Origin: an uncultured Flavobacteriales bacterium
GTDB lineage: Bacteria > Bacteroidota > Bacteroidia > Flavobacteriales > UBA7312
Length of the DNA: 41,097 nucleotides
NCBI GenBank assembly: GCA_964003875.1
Contig: CAXFLH010000003.1
Location: 1 to 41,097 of the forward strand
Direction: 5' to 3'
The translations under genes were made by a program, and so were the position numbers. Shown one piece after another: positions 34,603 through 41,097 of this stretch (the stretch's first letter is position 1; each line of letters begins with the position of its first letter). A model generated the notes under the pieces. The model was not told where the DNA came from, did not search any database, and saw only the letters and a program-made list of their open reading frames with translations.

Positions 34603-35235
34603 ATGCACCTTACAAAAGAGCAAATACAACAAACTTCACGAATCAAGCGTCTTAATATAATTAACTCAATTACGGGTGTTAAACCAGCAAATTTAATTGG
34701 TAGTATTTCTGAGAATGGGCATAGTAATTTAGCTATTTTTAGCTCTGTAGTTCATTTGGGAAGCAATCCTGCTCTTTTGGGTTTTATCTTACGACCTCAG
34801 CACGAGGTTAGGAGAGATACGTATGATAATATTATGCAAACGAAATATTACACTATTAATCATATTCCCTTTAACTATATTGAAAATGCCCATTACACCT
34901 CGGCTAAATTTGATAAGGAAGATTCAGAGTTTGATAGGTGCAAGTTTACTGAAGAATATTTATTTGATTTCGATGTACCTTTTGTAAAAGAAAGTCGTGT
35001 CAAGATAGGATTAAAGCTAGAAGAAATGTTACCTATCGAGCTGAATAAATGTGTAATGGTTATTGGTTCCATACAGCATTTATGGGTTGATGATGTGGCA
35101 GTCGAAGCCGATGGTCAAATCAATCTTGAGTTATTAGATGATGTTGGAATAGGAGGTTTGAATAGTTATTATAAATTAAAGCGTATTGCTCAGTTTCCTT
35201 ACGCAAGGGTTCAAGAATTGCCAAATTTTAAGTAG
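34603..35235 (+). CDS. Flavin reductase family protein
   Basis: KPANLIGS, NLAIFSSVVHLGSNP, RDTYDNI, YTINH and PFVKES. Confidence 0.88.
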   Translation: MHLTKEQIQQTSRIKRLNIINSITGVKPANLIGSISENGHSNLAIFSSVVHLGSNPALLGFILRPQHEVRRDTYDNIMQTKYYTINHIPFNYIENAHYTSAKFDKEDSEFDRCKFTEEYLFDFDVPFVKESRVKIGLKLEEMLPIELNKCVMVIGSIQHLWVDDVAVEADGQINLELLDDVGIGGLNSYYKLKRIAQFPYARVQELPNFK

Positions 35236-35238
35236 ATA

Positions 35239-35379
35239 ATGAAAAAGTCTCTACCATATAAAAATTGTTTGATTTGTCAGAAACCTTTTTCTTGGCGTAA
35301 AAAGTGGGAACGGGTTTGGGAGGACGTTAAATATTGCAGTGAACGATGTAGAAGAAATAAAAATAACACGAATGGATAG
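35239..35379 (+). CDS. DUF2256 small Cys-rich protein
   Basis: Manual translation [46 protein letters not shown]; below the ORF-track cutoff. Confidence 0.92.
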   Translation: MKKSLPYKNCLICQKPFSWRKKWERVWEDVKYCSERCRRNKNNTNG

Positions 35380-36859
35380 TGTAAATATAATTTTACCTAA
35401 TCAGCTTTTTAAGCATAGTGATTTATTGGATAATACCTATCCTGTTTATCTCGTTGAGGAATATTTATTCTTTAATCACTATCAATTCCACAAGCAAAAA
35501 TTAGCCTTTCATAGAGCAAGTATGCAGTTTTATAAATCTTACCTTCAAGATTTAGGTAAGAAGGTTCATTACATTTCGGCTACAGACTCTAATTCGGATA
35601 TCCGTAGGCTTTTGGAAAAGTTAATTAGTGAGGGTGTTCAAGAAGTTCATTTAATTAATCCCGTTGACAATTGGTTAGAAAAACGAATTTCAAATGCTAC
35701 TAAAGATATCCAATGTGTCGTTTATGAAAGCCCCTATTTTATTAATCATTCGGATGAGTATTCTGAATTTTTTAAAACAACTAAAAAGAAGTTTTTTCAA
35801 ACCTCATTTTATATTGAACAGCGTAAAAGATTAGGTATTTTACTAGATGAAAATGCTTCGCCAATAGGGGGCAAGTGGAGTTATGATACAGAAAATAGAA
35901 AGAAATATCCAAAAGGTAAAACGCCACCCAAAATCACTAAGCTTGAGTCCAATGATTTTTATATTGAGGCGGTAGGTTATGTCAAAAGCAATTTTTCTGA
36001 TAACCCCGGGGATTTGTCTCAGACTCCAATTTATCCCAATGATTATCAACAATCTATTGAATGGCTCAATGATTTTTTAGACCAACGATTTCATGACTTT
36101 GGTGTTTATGAAGATGCTATAGTAGATTCAGAACATTTTCTAAATCATAGTGTTCTTACACCCATGTTAAACGTAGGTTTACTGACACCCATGCAAATTA
36201 TTGATAGTGTGTTAGAATACACTAAGCAAAATGATATACCTTTAAATTCTTTGGAGGGTTTTATACGACAAATCATTGGTTGGAGAGAGTTCATTAGAGG
36301 TATTTATGTGGCTAAAGGGACAGAAGAAAGAAATCGCAATTTCTTTCAGCACAAACGAAAAATACCATCCTCTTTCTATGATGGTACAACTGGCATTATT
36401 CCTATTGATACGACCATACGCAAATTATTAAAAACAGGCTATGCTCATCACATTGAACGACTAATGATTTTAGGTAATTTTATGTTATTGTGTGAGTTTG
36501 ACCCTGATGAAATATACCGTTGGTTTATGGAGCTATTCATAGATGCTTATGATTGGGTAATGGTGCCCAATGTATATGGTATGAGTCAATTTGCTGATGG
36601 TGGTCTAATGTCCACTAAGCCGTATATTAGTAGCAGTAACTACTTAAAAAAAATGAGTAATTACAAAAAGGCTCAATGGCAAGAAATATGGGACGCTTTG
36701 TATTGGCGTTTCATCGATAAACATAGAGAAGTATTTAATAAAAATATTAGAATGAAATTTATGGTTTCTATGTATGATAAAATGTTAACTGAAAAGAAAG
36801 AAAAATTCATCATTATTGCAGACAATTATTTTAAGTCTTTAGACGTTGAACTCAATTAA
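35372..36859 (+). CDS. Bacterial (6-4) photolyase / cryptochrome (PhrB/CryB family, lacking FeS cysteines)
   Basis: [44 protein letters not shown] and TKPYISS; start at MDSVN. Confidence 0.92.
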   Translation: MDSVNIILPNQLFKHSDLLDNTYPVYLVEEYLFFNHYQFHKQKLAFHRASMQFYKSYLQDLGKKVHYISATDSNSDIRRLLEKLISEGVQEVHLINPVDNWLEKRISNATKDIQCVVYESPYFINHSDEYSEFFKTTKKKFFQTSFYIEQRKRLGILLDENASPIGGKWSYDTENRKKYPKGKTPPKITKLESNDFYIEAVGYVKSNFSDNPGDLSQTPIYPNDYQQSIEWLNDFLDQRFHDFGVYEDAIVDSEHFLNHSVLTPMLNVGLLTPMQIIDSVLEYTKQNDIPLNSLEGFIRQIIGWREFIRGIYVAKGTEERNRNFFQHKRKIPSSFYDGTTGIIPIDTTIRKLLKTGYAHHIERLMILGNFMLLCEFDPDEIYRWFMELFIDAYDWVMVPNVYGMSQFADGGLMSTKPYISSSNYLKKMSNYKKAQWQEIWDALYWRFIDKHREVFNKNIRMKFMVSMYDKMLTEKKEKFIIIADNYFKSLDVELN

Positions 36860-36876
36860 AAAATAAATTACAATAT

Positions 36877-38124
36877 ATGGCTAGAATTATCTTCACAACA
36901 GTACTCATTGGTTTCATTTTAAGTCTTGACCTTTACATATGGTCAGCTTTCAAAACACAACTCATTGAAAGACCTGTCTTTAAATATGCGTTTTGGGTAA
37001 TTACTTTACTGACTATAACTTTTATGTATTTTCCAGCCATTAATACCAATATGACACTATATCCCAATTATATGGTTGTCATTTTTGGTTTTATTTTTTC
37101 CATTATTGCTACAAAGTTAGCCATGGTTCTTCCATTACTGATTGACGATTTACTACGCCTTTTCAAATATGTATATCAAGCTATTTTTGTCCAAAAGAGT
37201 CTTTCCTTAGGAGGTCAGCCAATAACTAGATTGGCCTTCTTAAAGAATACAGCTTTGGGTGTAGGAGCATTGATCTTCTCTACATTTACTTACGGTATTC
37301 TTGTTGGTCGTTTCAATTTTAAAAAACACTTTGTAGACTTAGCATTGAAGAATTTTCCAAAAGGGGCAAAACCTTTAAAAATTGTTCAATTATCAGACTT
37401 ACATTTAGGCAGTTTTCAGAGAAAAGATAAGCTTATGGAAGCTGTTGAATTGATTAATGAAGAAAATCCTGATTTGATTTTCTTTACAGGAGATTTGGTA
37501 AACAACCACGCTTCAGAGGCTGCTCCTTTTGTAGATGTGCTCAAAAAGCTCAAAGCTAAATATGGTAAATATGCAGTTTTAGGTAATCACGATTATGCCG
37601 ACTACATAGGTTTGGATTTGAAGTCTGATGAAGGAAAGTCAAAGTGGCAAAGGAATTTTGATGAAATACAACAGCATTTCACTAATTCAGATTTTAACCT
37701 TTTACTTAATGAAAGCCGATTAATAAATGTTAATGGATTAGAAATAAATGTTGTTGGTGTAGAAAATTGGGGCGATGGTAGATTTTCAAAATATGGTGAT
37801 TTAGAGAAAGCTATGCTATCTGTAAAAGATGGAATACCAACTTTTTTACTCTCTCATGACCCAACCCATTGGGCTAACAAAGTTCTACAATTTTCAAAGC
37901 ATGTGGATTTACAATTAGCTGGTCATACTCACGGTATGCAATTTGGGATAGAAATAGGAGGTGTCAAATGGAGTCCTTCTCAGTGGAAGTATAAATTTTG
38001 GGCAGGTCTTTACCAAGATAAGGAGCAATACCTTTATGTCAATAGAGGCATAGGTCATTTGGGTTATCCTGGTCGAGTAGGTATTATGCCCGAAATTACA
38101 GTATTAAACGTTCAATCAACTTAA
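36877..38124 (+). CDS. Membrane-anchored metallophosphoesterase (YkuE/YaeI-like)
   Basis: SDLHLG, TGDLVN, LGNHDY, SHDP and AGHTHG. Confidence 0.93.
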   Translation: MARIIFTTVLIGFILSLDLYIWSAFKTQLIERPVFKYAFWVITLLTITFMYFPAINTNMTLYPNYMVVIFGFIFSIIATKLAMVLPLLIDDLLRLFKYVYQAIFVQKSLSLGGQPITRLAFLKNTALGVGALIFSTFTYGILVGRFNFKKHFVDLALKNFPKGAKPLKIVQLSDLHLGSFQRKDKLMEAVELINEENPDLIFFTGDLVNNHASEAAPFVDVLKKLKAKYGKYAVLGNHDYADYIGLDLKSDEGKSKWQRNFDEIQQHFTNSDFNLLLNESRLINVNGLEINVVGVENWGDGRFSKYGDLEKAMLSVKDGIPTFLLSHDPTHWANKVLQFSKHVDLQLAGHTHGMQFGIEIGGVKWSPSQWKYKFWAGLYQDKEQYLYVNRGIGHLGYPGRVGIMPEITVLNVQST

Positions 38125-38134
38125 CAAACTACAC

Positions 38135-40516
38135 ATGAAATATTACTTTTCATTAATATTAATTCTTTTATCTCTCAGTTTACATTCTCAAACGGTAAGG
38201 GTCTATGGTAGCGTCAAGAACGAACTTAATAACGAGCCTATACCTTTTGCTAATGTAGTAATAGACGGCACTTCCAAAGGAACAACTACAGATATTGATG
38301 GTAATTTTGAGTTAGCAGAAATTGAACCTGGTCTACATAACTTTAAATGTAGTTACATAGGTTTTAATACCAACTTAAAAGCTGAAATACAAATAACACC
38401 CAACAAGAATTTAAGATTAGATTTTGTATTAACAGAAAATGCTCAAATCATTGATGAGGTACAAGTAACTGCTAACACATTTAATAAAACGGAAGAAAGT
38501 CCAACTAGTTTGCGAACTATTAACGCTTCAGAGATTCTAAGAAGTCCTGGAGGCAATAGAGACATTTCAAAAGTAATAGCCAATTTGCCAGGTGTTTCAA
38601 GTTCACCTTCTTTTAGAAATGATATTGTTATACGTGGTGGTGCGCCTAACGAGAATCGTTTTTTTCTCGACGGTGTAGAAATTCCTAATATCAATCACTT
38701 TGCAACACAAGGATCTTCAGGAGGACCTGTAGGTATTTTAAACGTGAATTTTATTCGAGAGGTAGACTTTTATTCAGGTGCTTTTCCTGCCAATAGGGGA
38801 AATGCCTTAAGCTCGGTAATGGAGCTCAAACAAATTGAAGGAAGTGACGAAGACTTTAGCGCCTCATTTATGTTAGGTTCTAGTGACGCAGGACTTACTA
38901 TTAATACTCCTTTGTCCGAAAAGTCAAGTTTATTGTTGTCTGCTAGACGTTCGTACTTGCAATTTTTATTTAAGGCTTTACAATTACCTTTCTTACCGAC
39001 TTACAACGATATACAATTGAAATATACTTTTAAGCCTAATCCTAAAAATCAATTCAATGTGATAGGATTGGCAGCCATCGATGAATTTACGCTTAATCCA
39101 AAAGCAAATGAAGGAATTGATGATCCTCAAAAATTAGCTCAAAACGAATACACACTCAATAATTTACCTGTCAATGAGCAATGGAATTATACCCTAGGTG
39201 GTACTTGGAAACGCTTTTTTGACAACTCTAATTTATTTGTAGTTCTTAGTCGTAGTCACCTTAATAATACTGCTGTTAAGTATGCAGATTATGGAGATTT
39301 AACCTCTCAAAAGCTTATTGATTATGAGTCACAAGAAATAGAAAATAAATCTAGAGTAGAGTATAATTTTAGAGAAAATAAGATCAAGTTTAATGTTGGT
39401 CTAAATTTAGAAGACGCTACTTATTTGAATTCTACACAGCGAATTTTAACCTCAGGCGATTCAATTTATACTAAGTTGGTAGAAACTGACTTACACTTTA
39501 TAAAATATGGTGCTTTTGCTCAATTAAGCAAAACCTATTTAGTGGATAGATTAGTCACCTCTATTGGTTTTCGAATGGATGGTAATAGCTTTACTGAAAA
39601 TACGACTACTCCTAATTTTTCACCACGTCTCTCCTTATCCTACAACCTTTCAGTCAAGTCTAGTTTGAATGCCAATTTAGGACGATATTATCAGTTACCA
39701 GCCTATACTATTTTGGGTTATGGCTTGAACAATAACTTTTTCAATCAAGACGCTGAATACATACGATGTGATCATGCTGTTTTAGGTTTAGAATATAATC
39801 CGTCCAATTACAGTAAAATAACACTAGAGACATTTTACAAGCAGTACGACAATTATCCTTTTTCAATAATTGATAGTATTTCTCTCGCCAATTTAGGCGG
39901 CGACTTTGGCGTAATCGGCAACGAAGATATTTCATCCATTTCAGAAGGAAGAAGTTATGGAATTGAGTTTTTAGCTCAGCAAAAACTGAGCTCTTCGGTG
40001 TATGGTATTATGTCTCTTACGTATTACAGAAGTGAGTTTGAAGACAAAAATGGGGAGCTTATTCCTTCAGCATGGGACAACCGATTTATATTTAATATGA
40101 CTGCCGGCAAAAAGTTTAAAAGAAATATTGAACTAGGGCTAAAATTCCGTTACTCAGGTGGCGCTCCTTATACGCCTATTGATTTGGCAAATTCTAGTAA
40201 CGTGGCTATTTGGAATGTCAATCAAAGAGGAGTGTTGAATTATAATGCATTAAACACAGAACGACTCAAAAATGTTCATGGCGTAGATTTACGATTAGAC
40301 AAGAAATGGTATTTTAATAAATGGAGTTTGAACGCCTACATTGATGTGGAAAATCTATATAATTTTAAAATACAATTGCCTTCAGAAGTTGGTATAGATT
40401 CAGAAATAGGAGAAGAAATATATACCGCTCAAAATGTTGGAGAATATTCACTTTATGAAATCATTAATGAGTCAGGAACAGTACTCCCTAGCATTGGACT
40501 TTTAATAGAATTTTAA
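38135..40516 (+). CDS. TonB-dependent receptor with N-terminal carboxypeptidase-regulatory-like domain
   Basis: Signal peptide, GTTTDIDGNF, plug LPGV...IRGG..ENRFFLDG and C-terminal GLLIEF. Confidence 0.93.
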   Translation: MKYYFSLILILLSLSLHSQTVRVYGSVKNELNNEPIPFANVVIDGTSKGTTTDIDGNFELAEIEPGLHNFKCSYIGFNTNLKAEIQITPNKNLRLDFVLTENAQIIDEVQVTANTFNKTEESPTSLRTINASEILRSPGGNRDISKVIANLPGVSSSPSFRNDIVIRGGAPNENRFFLDGVEIPNINHFATQGSSGGPVGILNVNFIREVDFYSGAFPANRGNALSSVMELKQIEGSDEDFSASFMLGSSDAGLTINTPLSEKSSLLLSARRSYLQFLFKALQLPFLPTYNDIQLKYTFKPNPKNQFNVIGLAAIDEFTLNPKANEGIDDPQKLAQNEYTLNNLPVNEQWNYTLGGTWKRFFDNSNLFVVLSRSHLNNTAVKYADYGDLTSQKLIDYESQEIENKSRVEYNFRENKIKFNVGLNLEDATYLNSTQRILTSGDSIYTKLVETDLHFIKYGAFAQLSKTYLVDRLVTSIGFRMDGNSFTENTTTPNFSPRLSLSYNLSVKSSLNANLGRYYQLPAYTILGYGLNNNFFNQDAEYIRCDHAVLGLEYNPSNYSKITLETFYKQYDNYPFSIIDSISLANLGGDFGVIGNEDISSISEGRSYGIEFLAQQKLSSSVYGIMSLTYYRSEFEDKNGELIPSAWDNRFIFNMTAGKKFKRNIELGLKFRYSGGAPYTPIDLANSSNVAIWNVNQRGVLNYNALNTERLKNVHGVDLRLDKKWYFNKWSLNAYIDVENLYNFKIQLPSEVGIDSEIGEEIYTAQNVGEYSLYEIINESGTVLPSIGLLIEF

Positions 40517-40517
40517 G

Positions 40518-41097
40518 ATGGCAGAAAAAGTACTCATAACAGGGGCTAGTGGGGCATTAGCCCAGCGAGTAAAGTATCTTCTTTTGGAAAAGGGATATAA
40601 CGTCATTACGCTCACAACTAATAAAGAAAAGGTAAATAGCAAAGATATCTTTTATTGGAATGTTTCTAAAAAAATAGTTGACCCTAAAGCCTTAGTCAAT
40701 TGCAGTCATATAGTTCATTTATCTGGATATAGCATTATGAAGCCTTGGACAGTTGCGAATAAAAAGCTGATGTATGAAAGCCGCATAGATGCTGCCCAAT
40801 TATTGTATGACTCGTGTAAAGATTTGGGAGTTAAACCTAAAACGGTTATATCTGCCTCAGCTATGGGTTATTATGGTATTGATGCCAAAGAACTTATGTC
40901 GGAAGATGATGCGCCAACATATGATTGGCTTTCACAGATGTGTGTTGACTGGGAAAAAGCTACACAAAGCTTTCAATCGTTGGGTAGTAGAGTAGTCCAT
41001 ATGAGAATATCCTTACTATTGAGTAAAGACTCTGGTTTTTTACAACCAACTATGTTGTCAATGCGACTAGGTGTCGGTGTTGTATTCGGTAGTGGAA
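40518..41097 (+). CDS. TIGR01777/DUF1731 NAD-dependent epimerase family protein (3' truncated by window)
   Basis: MAEKVLITGASG, IVHLSG, ESRI, SASAMGYYG and CVDWE; open to the window end. Confidence 0.88.
   Translation, partial: MAEKVLITGASGALAQRVKYLLLEKGYNVITLTTNKEKVNSKDIFYWNVSKKIVDPKALVNCSHIVHLSGYSIMKPWTVANKKLMYESRIDAAQLLYDSCKDLGVKPKTVISASAMGYYGIDAKELMSEDDAPTYDWLSQMCVDWEKATQSFQSLGSRVVHMRISLLLSKDSGFLQPTMLSMRLGVGVVFGSG

Noticed and set aside
885-40995. Short alternative-frame or antisense ORFs in the track (e.g. 885-1070, 3159-3383, 5899-6159, 6471-6791, 10317-10658, 15620-15940, 29044-29304, 38443-38694, 40789-40995)
   Set aside because: They lie inside well-supported genes and have no recognisable motifs; these are shadow ORFs.
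20664-41097. Proteorhodopsin or blh expected in a marine flavobacterial light cluster
   Set aside because: No seven-TM ORF with a retinal-binding lysine motif and no Blh-like ORF were found in this window.

Overview
Chromosomal window from an AT-rich Bacteroidota genome, most likely a marine Flavobacteriales (inferred from TAnnTTTG promoters, a RemB-like end, the flavobacterial cyoE-coxIII-coxIII-coxIV-SCO-DUF420 order and a T9SS-type C-terminus). The first 8 kb is housekeeping: cytochrome c oxidase assembly genes, TolC, an efflux adaptor, tsaB and a REP-like element. At 10.8-14.8 kb is an uncharacterised, tightly coupled five-gene envelope operon: two helical-repeat lipoproteins, a Tat-exported DUF1501/alkaline-phosphatase-like protein, a lipoprotein with an atypical CX4CH heme motif and a small lipoprotein. 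A dipeptidase, gpmI and a cytochrome b561 remnant follow. At 18.4-20.7 kb is a porin / FMN-binding protein / membrane protein module behind a Fur-box-like site. From 20.7 kb on is a large light/photo-oxidative-stress island: folE-PTPS-crtI-crtB-orf-idi-crtZ, SDR, MMPL, NUDIX, Nei glycosylase, SOUL, Gpx, a cupredoxin-FAS1-FAS1 secreted protein, a B12-type CarH/LitR regulator with an unannotated upstream microprotein, SRPBCC, two flavin reductases, DUF2256 and an FeS-less bacterial (6-4) photolyase. A metallophosphoesterase, a TonB-dependent receptor and a TIGR01777 protein close the window. The strongest direct sequence signal is an identical inverted repeat, TTGTATAA-N16-TTATACAA, in all three divergent promoter regions of the island. 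I saw no rRNA, tRNA, CRISPR array or transposase. All family calls come from motif recognition by eye; no searches were run.
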